From assembly GCA_030607875.1 (NCBI GenBank), contig JAUWJD010000009.1, positions 29,169-93,168 on the forward strand: DNA of 64,000 bases. The letters are read 5' to 3'. Below, piece by piece: positions 8,666 to 20,300 of this stretch. Position 1 is the first letter of the stretch; each line of letters starts with the position of its first letter. The position numbers and the translations under genes are program-made. The stretch is from Chloroflexota bacterium (lineage in GTDB: Bacteria > Chloroflexota > Anaerolineae > UBA2200). Below the pieces are notes generated by a model that saw only the letters and a program-made list of their open reading frames with translations, was not told where the DNA came from and made no database searches.

Positions 8666-10030
8666 CTAGCGGCTGAGCAGATCGTAAGCCGCAACGTCAG
8701 CGGCAGCCAGCGCCTCCGCTGGGTCTGTATGCTCCTGGCATACGGCTGCCGCAGCCTCAGCCAGCAATATGCTGATGTCACACCACCCGCGCAAAGCGGG
8801 CTCCGTCTGAGCATACGCCCACAGATCGCAAGCTGTCTTGTACTGCGGGTTCTGTTCGAAGTAGGCCTCCATCTCTGGCGCATATTTGCTGGACTTGAGC
8901 ATTGGCAGAGCGCCAGTGGCCAGCGCCCACTGTACGTCAGCCTTTGGCTGCACGAGCCATTTAGGAAACAGCCAGGCAGCCAGTTGTTGGCGAGGCGTTG
9001 TGCGCAACACGCTTACGGTCAAGCCATGGACACTTACCAGCGGTTTGTCCGTAAGGTAGGGCACTGGCGCAACGTTCCAGTTGAAACTACCTTCATCAAA
9101 GCCCGCAATCGCTGCCACAAATTCCGGCAGCTCGGCGGTTGTGCCAAAATAGAAAAGCACCTTCTGGGAACTCAAGTCCGCACGAGCGGTGCTTGGGTCA
9201 GATGCGCAATAAGCACAGCCGTCCTCCAGCACGTCTTTCAACACAGATAGCGCCGCAATTGCCTCCGCACTATCCAGCAAAGCCAGTCCAGTGTCAGGAT
9301 CAACGAGCAAACCGCCCAAACCGAGAATCCAGTTGACCAGAGTGGATCCATCAACAGCAGCAGCATAGCCCCAGGTACCCGCCTCTTTGTCCCTGGCTGC
9401 ATTGCATAGCTCTCTGAACGCTTCCCAGGTTCGGGGAGGTGCGTTTGCTTCGAGTTGTTCGAGCCACTGTGCGTTGTAGAACAGCACCACGAGCTGGCTA
9501 TCAAAAAGCAGGCCGAGAGGATGCTCGGCATTTGCTGGCAGGCAGCCGCCTTTCAGAACAACAGGCCACAGGTCGGTTCGGTCCAGCTTGCTCAGCCCAT
9601 ACTGAGGATTGTGGATGTAGTCATCCAGTGGCACAACTGCACCCGCCGACGCATATTCCATGATCTGTTCGCATCGTGCCATCACAATGTCTGGCGGCGT
9701 GCCGGCGGCGATGGCAGTGAGCACCTCTCTGTGCAGAGGGCTATGGAACTCTACACGCAGCCGTATACCGTAAGGATTGTTCTGTTCAAAGTCACTTGCG
9801 AGGTGCAGCAGGGTTGCTTCTTTCTCACCTGTCAGCGAGTGCCACAGATGAATCTCGCAGCCTGTGGGGTCGAGCGCTTCGATGCACTGCGGCGTGGGCG
9901 AGGACTCAGGAGTAGGCAATACCGTTGGGAGTGGTGATGGCAAACTCTCTGGCGATGCAGTGCAGCCACATAGCTGGCCGATGAAGAATAGGAATACAAT
10001 TGCCGCAAGCCACGTCGTCTTCCGTCTCAT
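8666..10030 (-). CDS. ABC-type extracellular solute-binding lipoprotein (UgpB/sugar-binding family)
   Basis: Lipobox QLCGC, IHLWHS, AIAAGTPPDI, LFYN, QLAAWLFPKWL, WALATGALP. Confidence 0.88.
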   Translation of the reverse strand: MRRKTTWLAAIVFLFFIGQLCGCTASPESLPSPLPTVLPTPESSPTPQCIEALDPTGCEIHLWHSLTGEKEATLLHLASDFEQNNPYGIRLRVEFHSPLHREVLTAIAAGTPPDIVMARCEQIMEYASAGAVVPLDDYIHNPQYGLSKLDRTDLWPVVLKGGCLPANAEHPLGLLFDSQLVVLFYNAQWLEQLEANAPPRTWEAFRELCNAARDKEAGTWGYAAAVDGSTLVNWILGLGGLLVDPDTGLALLDSAEAIAALSVLKDVLEDGCAYCASDPSTARADLSSQKVLFYFGTTAELPEFVAAIAGFDEGSFNWNVAPVPYLTDKPLVSVHGLTVSVLRTTPRQQLAAWLFPKWLVQPKADVQWALATGALPMLKSSKYAPEMEAYFEQNPQYKTACDLWAYAQTEPALRGWCDISILLAEAAAAVCQEHTDPAEALAAADVAAYDLLSR

Positions 10031-10303
10031 GGGCCTTCCTTACTGTGCGATAGGAAGCGAAAGGGTATGCCAAGCATGGTAAACGCTCGCTGAGGTCCGA
10101 TGCAGATGAGTATCCAGTCAGGTGATGCAATCCATTTGTTATCCCGAGCCCTGCACTCTGAAGCTTCTCAGGTACGGATCCGCAAGCCTGTCGTCGGTGC
10201 ACAGGATTATATGGCAGAACAGCTTCGTGGGCAAAGCGAAGCAGAGCAGAGTTGTCAAACCGACCAAGAGGTAGTACAATAGCGCTCCAGTGAGGTGCTT
10301 CAA

Positions 10304-10750
10304 ATGAAATCGCGCGAAATCCCTTCCTCCAGCCGAGGCCCAAAGTGGCTCCTCGACTTGTTCAAGAGCTTTAGGCTAGCCTGGCATTTGCTCCGTGATC
10401 CATCTGTACCTATTGGGTTCAAATTGATCCCGCTTGGTGCGCTCTTGTACGTCCTATTCCCTGCCGACTTTATTCCTGACCTCGTGCCCGTCTTGGGCCA
10501 GATGGACGATCTGACAGTTGTTCTGCTTGGGCTCAAGCTCTTTATTGATGCTTGTCCCCCAATCACTGTGGAGAAGCATCGGGCGCAGATGTCGTCCCTT
10601 GAGGCCTCATATCGAGTTGTTGAGCATGAGCAGCCCCAAGCCGGAAACATAAGCGGCTACTTGGATATCGCGGAGCCTAGTGTGCACCAAGACGAGGTGC
10701 CAGCCTCCACTCCTGAACAATTGGCACAGGATTCCGAGCCGCCTGCATAG
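10304..10750 (+). CDS. DUF1232 (YkvA-like) membrane protein
   Basis: LLYVLFPADFIPDLVPVLGQMDDL signature. Confidence 0.88.
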   Translation: MKSREIPSSSRGPKWLLDLFKSFRLAWHLLRDPSVPIGFKLIPLGALLYVLFPADFIPDLVPVLGQMDDLTVVLLGLKLFIDACPPITVEKHRAQMSSLEASYRVVEHEQPQAGNISGYLDIAEPSVHQDEVPASTPEQLAQDSEPPA

Positions 10751-10992
10751 CGCGCAGGCCGCCAATAGCAGAAGGCAGAATCGGACTCTGCGACCTCCGC
10801 GGCCGGCGATAGCTGAGCCACCACCTCCCACCGCGCCCTGGCCTGACACAAGGCCCTGTATGCCACTTTGACCATAGCTAGTGCTCCTGCGGCGGATATT
10901 TTGCCACACAGATTCTACCGCAGGGGTTCCAGCTTTCTCCAATGTGCGCATCACTTTCTGATAACGATCTCCTGGCCCAGTTCGTGCCAAGT

Positions 10993-11021
10993 TTGACAGT
11001 TGTGCTGAAAGCGAGTAAAGT
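10993..11021 (+). promoter_or_regulatory. Sigma70-type promoter upstream of glyQS
   Basis: TTGACA-17 bp-TAAAGT. Confidence 0.6.
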
Positions 11022-11051
11022 AACGTGTTAGAGCATATTCAGGGAGAACAG

Positions 11052-14033
11052 ATGGATTTCCAAAAAGTCATCATGCGTCTGGATCAGTTCTGGGCGGAAA
11101 AGGGCTGCCTCATCTGGCAGCCCTATAATGTGCAAGTCGGTGCCGGCACCTGGAACCCGGCCACGGCGTTGCGCGTGCTGGGCCCCGAGCCCTGGAACGT
11201 CGGCTACGTTGAAACCAGTGTTCGCCCCACAGATGGTCGTTACGGGAAAAATCCCAACCGCTGGGGACAGTACTACCAATACCAGGTGATTCTCAAACCG
11301 GATCCCGGCAACCCAGTGGAACTCTATTTGGAGAGTCTCAAAGCGCTGGGAATCAACCCTCGCGAGCATGACATCCGTCTTGTAGAGGACAACTGGGTGT
11401 CTCCGGGCCTGGGTGCGTGGGGCCTCGGCTGGGAAGTGTGGATGGATGGTCAAGAAATCACGCAGTACACCTACTTCCAGCAGACTGGTGGCTTTGACCT
11501 GGATCCGGTGTCCGTCGAGATCACGTACGGCCTGGAGCGCATCGTGATGGTTTTGCAGGGCGTGCGTGACTTTGTGCACATCGAATGGGGAAATGGCATT
11601 ACCTACGGCGATATGCTTCTACGCCAGGAGATAGAGCTCTGCAAGTACAATTTTGAAACAGCCCGCGTGGAGCGGCTGATGCAGATGTACGACCTCTTTG
11701 AGGCAGAGGCCAAGGCTGCAGTGGCAGCCGGTCTGGTCATCCCTGCACACGACTATGTGCTCAAGTGTTCGCATACCTTCAACGTCCTCGATGCACGGGG
11801 AGCCATCGGCGTTACGGAGCGGGCCCACTACTTTGCGCGCATGCGTGACCTGTCGCGGGAGGTAGCCAAAGCCTACCTGGCGCAGCGTGAGGAGATGGGC
11901 TTCCCACTGCTGAGAAAAAAGCAGCGCACCGTTGCACAGGCGGCGCCGGCCATTGATGCCTCGCGCTTCCCGCAGAAGCCGGCACATCTGTTGCTGGAAA
12001 TCGGCACCGGGGAACTGCCGGCCCTGGACTTGGATGCTGCTATGGAGCAGTTGCGTAAGAACGCGCCGCAGATGCTCTCCGCGGCCAGGCTGAGTTTCCA
12101 GGAAGTGCGCGTGCTCGGCACACCTCGCCGCCTGACCATCTCGGTGCCTGGACTCTCGCCGGCTCAAGATGACGTGGAGCGGCTGACCAAGGGTCCACCT
12201 ACAAACCGAGCCTTCGACGAACAGGGCCAGCCGACCAAAGCAGCATTGGGTTTTGCCAAGGCACAAGGCGTTGATGTCTCCAGCCTGCAGAAGCGTGAGT
12301 ACGAAGGCAAGAGTTATGTCGTGGTAAGCAAGACCGAGCGTGGCCGTTCAACCGCCGAGGTGCTGGCCGGAATGCTGCCCAAGCTCATCTCCTCGCTCAA
12401 GTTTGCCAGAAGCATGCGCTGGAATGCAAGCGGCGTGGCGTTCTCGCGTCCCATTCGCTGGATTGTGGCGCTGCTGGGTGACGAGGTTGTGCCTTTTGAA
12501 TATGCTGGTGTGCAAAGCAGCCGGGTCACGCGCAGCCTGCGTCCGCTGGGTTCACGGGATATCCATGTGCCGGATGCAGATGCGTATTCTGAGCTGATGA
12601 AGGCTAACCACATCATATTGGATCCCAAAGAGCGCCAGGAGAACATCGCATCGCAGGCAGCAAAGTTGGCGGACCACGTGGGCGGGTATATCCCAGATGA
12701 TCCAGCACTGTTGCGCGAGGTAACCCATCTCGTGGAGTGGCCGGCAGCGTTGCTGGGTTACTTCGAAGAAGAGTTCCTGCAGCTACCCCAGGAAGTACTT
12801 ATTGCGGTGATGAAGAAGCACCAACGCTACTTCCCTGTGATGAAGGGGAGCAAGCTGCTGCCTTACTTCATCGCCGTGGCCAACGGCCCGTTTACACACC
12901 TCGACCCGATACGGCGAGGCAACGAGGAAGTTATCCGTGCACGCTACTCAGATGCAGCTTTCTTCTACCTGTCGGATACCCGTAAGAAGCTGGAGGATTT
13001 CCTTCCGCGTCTGGCCACGCTGACCTTTCAAGAACAGCTCGGCTCAGTGCGGGACAAGTCGGAACGCATGGAGAAGCTGGTGCCCAAGCTGGCTGACATG
13101 ACGGGAGTCTCAGAGACAGATCGACAGGTAGCTGTGCGCGCAGCTCATCTGTGCAAAGCCGATTTGGCCACGCAGATGGTCATTGAGCTGACTTCTCTAC
13201 AGGGGATCATGGGCGACAAGTATGCATCCCTCTCAGGTGAGAAGCCCGCCGTAGCCCAGACGATCCGGGAGCATTACCTGCCGCGTGGCGCTGGTGATGA
13301 GCTGCCACAGTCGATCCCAGGGCTGCTGGTCGGATTGGCCGATCGTCTCGACAGCCTGATCGGCCTGTTTGCAGTCGGCCTGTCACCGACGGGTTCTAGC
13401 GATCCCTACGGCCTGCGTCGCGCAGTGATAGGAATGGTGCAGATCCTGGTAAAGAAAAAAATCTCCCTCTCCCTCGACAAAGCGTTCCGTGCCACGGCTG
13501 CGCTGCTGCCAGTGGACCTGACAGAGGATGATCTGGCCGCTGCCCACGACTTTGTGACCCCAAGGCTGCGGGGCTACCTGCTTGACCAGGGCTACCGTCA
13601 CGACCTGGTGGATGCGGCACTGGCGGAACATGCGGATGACCCGTATCAGGCCTGGGAAACGGTGCACAGCCTCAGCGATTGGGTGGCTCGCCCAGAGTTC
13701 TCCACTCTGCTCACCGCCTACAGCCGGCCTTCCCGTATCGTGCGCGAGTACGCGACGGAATTCCCCCTGAATCCTGAGATGTTCACGGAGGCTGCGGAAC
13801 ATGAATTATATCGCGCGATGCTGGCGGCGCAGGAGCAACGCACTGCGGTGGACAGCGTGGATGGGCTGATGGCCCTACTGCGCCCACTTGCACAGCCGAT
13901 TGATGCTTTCTTCGACCAGGTGTTTGTGATGGTTGAGGAGCAAGCGGTGCGGGAGAACCGGCTGGCCCTGCTGCAACGCATTGCTGCGCTGTCCAATGGC
14001 ATCGTTGACCTGACCAAGGTATTGGGCTACTAA
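11052..14033 (+). CDS. glyQS: Glycine--tRNA ligase, fused alpha+beta subunits
   Basis: Alpha motifs [36 protein letters not shown] followed in frame by beta motifs [13 protein letters not shown]...[27 protein letters not shown]. Confidence 0.96.
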   Translation: MDFQKVIMRLDQFWAEKGCLIWQPYNVQVGAGTWNPATALRVLGPEPWNVGYVETSVRPTDGRYGKNPNRWGQYYQYQVILKPDPGNPVELYLESLKALGINPREHDIRLVEDNWVSPGLGAWGLGWEVWMDGQEITQYTYFQQTGGFDLDPVSVEITYGLERIVMVLQGVRDFVHIEWGNGITYGDMLLRQEIELCKYNFETARVERLMQMYDLFEAEAKAAVAAGLVIPAHDYVLKCSHTFNVLDARGAIGVTERAHYFARMRDLSREVAKAYLAQREEMGFPLLRKKQRTVAQAAPAIDASRFPQKPAHLLLEIGTGELPALDLDAAMEQLRKNAPQMLSAARLSFQEVRVLGTPRRLTISVPGLSPAQDDVERLTKGPPTNRAFDEQGQPTKAALGFAKAQGVDVSSLQKREYEGKSYVVVSKTERGRSTAEVLAGMLPKLISSLKFARSMRWNASGVAFSRPIRWIVALLGDEVVPFEYAGVQSSRVTRSLRPLGSRDIHVPDADAYSELMKANHIILDPKERQENIASQAAKLADHVGGYIPDDPALLREVTHLVEWPAALLGYFEEEFLQLPQEVLIAVMKKHQRYFPVMKGSKLLPYFIAVANGPFTHLDPIRRGNEEVIRARYSDAAFFYLSDTRKKLEDFLPRLATLTFQEQLGSVRDKSERMEKLVPKLADMTGVSETDRQVAVRAAHLCKADLATQMVIELTSLQGIMGDKYASLSGEKPAVAQTIREHYLPRGAGDELPQSIPGLLVGLADRLDSLIGLFAVGLSPTGSSDPYGLRRAVIGMVQILVKKKISLSLDKAFRATAALLPVDLTEDDLAAAHDFVTPRLRGYLLDQGYRHDLVDAALAEHADDPYQAWETVHSLSDWVARPEFSTLLTAYSRPSRIVREYATEFPLNPEMFTEAAEHELYRAMLAAQEQRTAVDSVDGLMALLRPLAQPIDAFFDQVFVMVEEQAVRENRLALLQRIAALSNGIVDLTKVLGY

Positions 14034-14040
14034 TAGTTCG

Positions 14041-14076
14041 GCAAGGGGCGCTACGCAACAGGCGTAGGCCCCTTGC
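14041..14076 (+). terminator. Hairpin after glyQS (terminator or stabilising stem)
   Basis: gcaaggggcgctacgc-aacag-gcgtaggccccttgc; no clear U tract. Confidence 0.45.
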
Positions 14077-14089
14077 AACAATCCTGAAA

Positions 14090-14258
14090 TACAGGGGACT
14101 GCGTCGACTGCCGAAGGGTCCCGCCGCAGGTCTTGGCGAAGACAAGGTCGCAGATCTTGGCGAAGACAAGGTCGCAGGCGGTCGCCCGTCGCCCGCAGGT
14201 GCCCACGGGGCATGCAGAGCACATGCAGAGCACAAACAGATGATGCACGAAGTAGTAG
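14090..14258 (+). mobile_element. Degenerate copy of the MITE-like element, with internal tandem duplications
   Basis: Left end TACAGGGGACTGCGTCGA and right end TGCACGAAGTAGTAG match the copies at 26996/43816/53535; internal 24-bp unit tcttggcgaagacaaggtcgcagR x2 (14131-14178). Confidence 0.55.
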
Positions 14259-14284
14259 AATCTATCAAGAAGGAGTGTAGTCAA

Positions 14285-17083
14285 ATGGCGAAAGAGAAGA
14301 AATGGGTCTATCTCTTCAGCGAGGGCAACCGAGACATGCGCAACTTGCTGGGCGGCAAGGGCGCTAACGTAGCAGAGATGACCAATGCGGGTCTACCAGT
14401 ACCGCCTGGTTTTACCATCACCACTGAGGCGTGTAATGAGTATTTCCGCCTGGACGGCAAGTTTCCCGAGGGGATGTGGGAACAGGTGCTTGCTGCGCTG
14501 AAAGTAGTGGAACAGCAGACCGGGAAAAAGTTCGGTGATCCTGAGAATCCCCTGTTGGTCTCGGTGCGGTCCGGTGCCAGGGTCAGTATGCCGGGCATGA
14601 TGGACACCGTGCTCAACGTTGGGCTGAACGAAGACACCCTGCAGGGGATCGCCAAGCTTACCAACAACGAACGCTTTGCGTACGATGCCTATCGGCGGCT
14701 CATCCAGATGTTCGGGAAGATCGTCAAGGAAATCGAGGCCGAGAAGTTCGAGCACATCCTGCATACCTACAAAGAGAAAACGGAGGGCAAGAAAGATACC
14801 GACCTGACCGTTGACCTGCTCAAGGACATTGTCCAGGATTTCAAGGCTCTCTATAAGGAGGAGATCGGGGAAGACTTTCCGACCGAGCCGCTCAAGCAGT
14901 TGCGACAGGCTGCAGAGGCCGTTTTTGACTCCTGGTTTGGCAAACGTGCGGTGGACTATCGCAACTTCCACAAGATCTCCCATGATTGGGGCACAGCGAT
15001 CAATGTGCAGACCATGGTGTACGGCAACATGGGCTTTGACTCCGCTACAGGCGTGGCCTTTACCCGCAATCCGGCCACCGGCGAAAAGAAGCTGTACGGC
15101 GAGTATCTGCTGAACGCCCAGGGCGAGGACGTGGTTGCCGGTGTACGCACTCCGGTCAAGATTGCTCATCTCGGGGATGAGATGCCCGAGGTTTTTGAGC
15201 AGTTTGTCAAGATCACCAAGATGCTCGAAGAGCATTATAGAGATGTGCAGGACGTGGAGTTCACTGTCGAGCGTGGCAAGCTGTGGATGCTGCAGACGCG
15301 CACAGGGAAACGTACTGCCAAGGCCGCGGCCACGATCGCCGTGGACATGGTCCACGAAGGGCTGATCAGCAAAGAGGAAGCAGTGATGCGCGTCACGCCG
15401 GAGCAGGTAGATCAGTTGCTGCATCCGATCTTTGATCCAGAGGCAAAGGCCAAGGCACATGAATCAGGTAGCTACCTGGCCAAGGGATTGAACGCCAGTC
15501 CAGGTGCGGCCACCGGTGTGGCGGTATTTGATGCCACTCGCGCAGAGGAAGTAGCCGAGGGTGGCCAAGACGTCATCCTGGTCCGCCCGGAAACCAGCCC
15601 AGATGACGTGCACGGCATGTTGGCAGCACAAGGTATTCTGACCCAGCACGGTGGCGCGACTTCCCACGCTGCAGTAGTGGCGCGTGGCCTGAACAAGCCT
15701 TGCGTCGCTGGGTGCGAGGCTCTGTCCATCGACCTCGACGCGCGCCAGCTTACCGTGCAGGGCCAGGTGGTCAAAGAGGGCAACGATATCTCTATTGATG
15801 GCACCACAGGCGAAGTCTTTGTCGGCCAGATTCCCACGGTCGAGGTGATGTATAGAGAGCAGACAGAGATGATCGAGCTGCTTGGCTGGGCCGACAAGTT
15901 CCGCCGCCTGGGCGTTTGGACCAATGCCGATTACCCCCGTGATGCAGCGCGTGCGCGCGAGTTCGGCGCGGAGGGCATCGGTCTGTGCCGCACGGAGCAC
16001 ATGTTCTTCGAAGAGGACCGCCGGCCGACGGTGGTGCGCATGGTGCTTTTATCCAAAGAGACCAACAATGTTGAAGACCGCATCCAGAGGCTAGAAGCGG
16101 ACCTAGAGAAAGCCTCAGGGAAAAAGGCGGACGAGATACGCGCCGAGATTGCGGAACTGAAAAAGAATGAGGCTCGGAATGAATACTTCGCAGCCATGGA
16201 TGAACTGCTTCCCTTCCAGCGCGAGGACTTTGAGGGCATCTTTGAGGCCATGGATGGCCTTCCGGTCATCATCCGCCTGATCGATCCTCCGATGCACGAG
16301 TTCCTCCCGTCGCGAGAGGAGTTGATCCGCGAGGTCACCGAGTTGCGATGCCAGGGCGATGATCCCAAGCTTCTGGAAGAAAAAGAAAAGATGTTGCGTA
16401 CTGTGGAGGCCATGGACGAGGTCAACCCCATGCTCGGTCTTCGCGGATGCCGGGCAGGGATCATGTATCGTGGCCTGACCGCCATGCAGGTGCGGGCCAT
16501 ATTCCAGGCAGCTTGTCGCATGGCCCAGAAAGGCGTTGACGTGCATCCAGAAGTGATGATCCCTCTGGTTAGCCACGTCAACGAAATGAAGAACGAGAAG
16601 GTGGCCCTGGAGAAAGTGGCCAAGCAGGTGATGGAGGAAGAGGGCATCGAGGTGGACTACAAGTTTGGCACCATGATCGAAGTGCCCCGTGCTGCCCTCA
16701 CTGCTGACCAGATTGCCGAGTTGGCACAGTTCTTCTCCTTCGGCACCAATGACCTGACGCAGATGACCTACGGCATCTCGCGCGATGATGCAGAGGGCAA
16801 GTTCCTCCTGGCCTATGTGGACAAGAAGATCCTGCCCAGCAACCCCTTCCAGGTGCTGGATCGCGAGGGTGTGGGCAAGCTGATGAAGACAACGGTGGAG
16901 CTTGGGCGCAAGACCCGGCCAGGTATGAGCATCGGCATCTGCGGTGAACATGGTGGTGAGCCGTCGTCCATCGAGTTCTGTCACATGATCGGGCTCGACT
17001 ATGTGTCATGCTCGCCCTACCGCGTGCCTATAGCACGGTTGGCGGCAGCTCAGGCAGCGATCCGAGAGAAGCAGGGCAAATAG
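14285..17083 (+). CDS. ppdK: Pyruvate, phosphate dikinase
   Basis: LGGKGANVAEM, LVSVRSGARVSMPGMMDT, GGATSHAAVVAR (phospho-His), GIGLCRTEHMF, FSFGTNDLTQ, GICGEHGG. Confidence 0.97.
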   Translation: MAKEKKWVYLFSEGNRDMRNLLGGKGANVAEMTNAGLPVPPGFTITTEACNEYFRLDGKFPEGMWEQVLAALKVVEQQTGKKFGDPENPLLVSVRSGARVSMPGMMDTVLNVGLNEDTLQGIAKLTNNERFAYDAYRRLIQMFGKIVKEIEAEKFEHILHTYKEKTEGKKDTDLTVDLLKDIVQDFKALYKEEIGEDFPTEPLKQLRQAAEAVFDSWFGKRAVDYRNFHKISHDWGTAINVQTMVYGNMGFDSATGVAFTRNPATGEKKLYGEYLLNAQGEDVVAGVRTPVKIAHLGDEMPEVFEQFVKITKMLEEHYRDVQDVEFTVERGKLWMLQTRTGKRTAKAAATIAVDMVHEGLISKEEAVMRVTPEQVDQLLHPIFDPEAKAKAHESGSYLAKGLNASPGAATGVAVFDATRAEEVAEGGQDVILVRPETSPDDVHGMLAAQGILTQHGGATSHAAVVARGLNKPCVAGCEALSIDLDARQLTVQGQVVKEGNDISIDGTTGEVFVGQIPTVEVMYREQTEMIELLGWADKFRRLGVWTNADYPRDAARAREFGAEGIGLCRTEHMFFEEDRRPTVVRMVLLSKETNNVEDRIQRLEADLEKASGKKADEIRAEIAELKKNEARNEYFAAMDELLPFQREDFEGIFEAMDGLPVIIRLIDPPMHEFLPSREELIREVTELRCQGDDPKLLEEKEKMLRTVEAMDEVNPMLGLRGCRAGIMYRGLTAMQVRAIFQAACRMAQKGVDVHPEVMIPLVSHVNEMKNEKVALEKVAKQVMEEEGIEVDYKFGTMIEVPRAALTADQIAELAQFFSFGTNDLTQMTYGISRDDAEGKFLLAYVDKKILPSNPFQVLDREGVGKLMKTTVELGRKTRPGMSIGICGEHGGEPSSIEFCHMIGLDYVSCSPYRVPIARLAAAQAAIREKQGK

Positions 17084-17119
17084 CCCACTGTCTAGCTGAC
17101 CAGATTCCATAGTGTGAGT

Positions 17120-17156
17120 TCAGAGGTAGCCTGGACGGCTACCTCTGACTGTTTTT
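17120..17156 (+). terminator. Rho-independent terminator after ppdK
   Basis: tcagaggtagcc-tggac-ggctacctctga followed by ctgttttt. Confidence 0.8.
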
Positions 17157-17344
17157 GCGTCTCCTCTAGCAGACACTCTCGAGCCTACTGCCCAACCTTG
17201 CGTACGCGAATCACAGCAAAGAATGGAATTCGCGGTGCGTGCTGGATTACTCTGCCCGTGAGACATACATGAACTCAAAGCATGTTTTGACTGCTGGTGG
17301 GGGCATGGGTATCATAGCCAGGCAGGTATATGGGAGAGAACTCG

Positions 17345-20300
17345 ATGAAGCTACTGGCCGGCTCCATGAAAAGAATGCCAGCGCAGCAGGCACCTCCACG
17401 CCCGCAGACCCCGTCACGATGCGGATGGAAATGGCACGTTGCCCGCCGTTTCTGCCTCTTTGTGCTGCTACTGCTGCTACTGCCCAGATGGGCGCAGGCT
17501 ATGGACGGCCCACAGCTCACACTGGCCAAGTCAGTCTCTCCGACTACGGTGCCCGCTGGCGGACGCGTGACATATACCATCACGCTGACCAACTCGGGTA
17601 ACGCAGCAGCGGAGGACGTCACTATCCGCGATACCCTGCCCGATGGCTTCTCCTATCGCCACGGGACCAGCAGGGTCACGGTGAACGGTGTCACCGTTTC
17701 CACAGCCGATCCTTCCGTCTCTGGCCATACGCTGACTTGGTCGGGTTTCCACCTGCCCTCTGGCCGGAGTGACAGCTTCTACGGCATCCACACCTTTGTG
17801 CAACGCCACACCGAACCCGGCTACCTTGACTACCAACTGAATCGTTCCACGGAACTGATGGGCAGCGGTGCCTACGTGACGCAGTTGTTCGACTGGATCG
17901 ATACGAGCTGGCCCGGACCACCGAACTGGATGCGCGATTTCGTTAGCAGAGCCTACGACCGCTGGCTCACCCCAGTAGTCCGCTTGGCGGCTGGGCGTGG
18001 CACATACTGGATCAAGCCCAAGCCAGACGGGGACGGCAGCTATACCACTTGGGCGCAAGCGTTCAAACGTGTGGTGGATGGCCTGCCCAGACGTGATGGC
18101 CATTGGCTCTACGTCCAGATTTGGAACGAGCCCAATCTGAACGAGGAGTGGGAAGGGGAGGCCAATCCCGCCGAATATGGACGCTTCCTGGTGGAGACTG
18201 CGGCTGCGATTCGCTCCATCGGTGACCCACACATTGTCATCCTCAACGGGCCATTGTCCCCGGGTGGTGAGTACTACTACCTGAACTATCTTGAGGACAT
18301 GCTGAGCACCGTGCCAGCCTCGCTATGGGCTTTTGATATCTGGGCCAGCCATCCTTATCCCAATAACCATCCTCCAGAATACAACATCCACGACGGCACG
18401 GCGAACTACCAAGATGCCACGATAGACGTTTATCAGCGCGAGCTCGAGGTGCTCGCACGCTACGGACGCAGCGGGCTCAAGGTGCTGCTTACCGAGACAG
18501 GCTACGCTCTGTATCAGGCCGATTTCATCTTTGAGGGATACCCGGCAATCAACGAGGCCATCCGTGCCGACTATATCCGGCGTGCTTTTCGTGACCACTG
18601 GAGCCAGTGGCCGGAGGTGATCGGCGTCTGTCCGTACGAACTGGTGGATCCCGATGGACAGTGGTGGGTATGGGATTGGCTATTGAATGACGGGCGCAGC
18701 CACCAGCAATACGACGCTGTCAAGGCCATGGACAAATCGTACTCGCCTGTGAGCAGCGTGCTGCAGATCACCTTCCAGGCTACGGCAGCGACCAGTGCTC
18801 GCATCCACTACAATGATGTCTCCGCCAGTGCCGCCAATGCCCCTGCGCAGTCCATCACACAGGCAGCGCCGGTGACGGTGTATGTGCCCACACCCACGCG
18901 CACGCTGACACCAACACAAACGCACACGCCGACTGCGTCGCCTACGGCGACATCTACGACAACGCAGACGTCGACGCCCATGGCTACTGCCACGCACACT
19001 CCTGAACAGACCTGGACACCCACCTTGACCCTCACAGTGACAGAGACCTTGACGCCAAGCGAAACCCTGACGATTACGCCTACTCCCACGGACATGGAGA
19101 CAGCGACCGTCACGGCAACACCGAGCCCGACGGCGACACAGACACTGACTTTGACTCCAACACCCTCTGCGACGCCCAGCCCGACCGCGTCGCCCACGGC
19201 GACGCCTACTGCGACCATTACACCCTCACCAACTGCCGTCTGTACCGACTTGATCGTCAACGGTGGCTTTGAGACTACGGAAGCCTGGCAGATCCCAGAT
19301 ACACCGCACCCGGCTGGCCATACCACCACGCGTGCTCACACCGGCCAGCGCTCCATGCGGCTGGGCATCGAGTCAGGGAGCAATATCCGCAGCTACTCCA
19401 CCGCCTGGCAGGCGATCCACGTGCCTGCGGATGCGTCGGATCCCGTCTTGACCTTCTGGTACTATCCAGTCTCCGCTGACACGGAAGGTGATGACCAGCG
19501 CGCCCTGATCTTGAACGAGCAAGGCGATGTCGAGGAATGGGTCTTCCTCTTGCGGTCCAATGCACAGAGCTGGACGTACAAAGAGTTCTCGCTTGCCGAC
19601 TACAGGGGCCAGACCATCCGCGTGTATTTCGGTGCCTTCAACGATGGATTGAATGGTGTGACAGCGATGTACGTGGATGACGTGGCCGTGCTGGTCTGCG
19701 GTGTGATGCCTACACCGACGGTCAGCCCCACTGCATCAGTGACATTGACACCCACGCCAACAGCCACTCCTACTGGCTCGGCCACACCGCTGCCTACTCC
19801 GACTGCCAGCCCCACCGCATCGGCGACGCCATCCTCAACACCAACAGCCACGCCCTCCCATACGGCAACGAGCACCGCAACCCAGACAGATACCATCACA
19901 CCCTCGCCCACAACCACGGAGATGCTCCCCCCAACCAACACATCAACCGCCACCGCCGAGCCGTCATTGACTGCAACGGTGACGTCAAGCCCTACGCCGG
20001 GATGCACTGACTTGATTGTTGATGGCGGCTTTGAGTGGGATGATGAAGCCTGGCTTATCCCGGACACGGCGTACCCGGCTGGCTATACGACAAATCAGGC
20101 GCACAGCGACCAGCGCTCTATGCGGCTGGGCATCGAATCAGGTGACAACATCTACAGCTACTCCACAGTCCGGCAGACGGTACATGTGCCCGCGAATGCG
20201 CAAGAACCAATCCTGAGATTCTGGTACTATCACGTCTCTGGCGATACCGAGCACGATTTACAATATGTGCTCATTGAGAACGAGAACGGCGACTCGGAGT

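Noticed and set aside
10657..10875. 72-aa minus-strand ORF with an AGGAG RBS
   Set aside because: Overlaps the DUF1232 gene by ~90 bp and has no recognisable family; cannot be supported
10751..11051. Possible T-box leader before glyQS
   Set aside because: No T-box consensus or terminator seen, and a promoter lies only ~30 bp before the start
18880..20000. Thr/Pro-rich repetitive DNA as a possible CRISPR or tandem array
   Set aside because: Degenerate coding linkers (TPT/TAT) with no constant repeat-spacer structure
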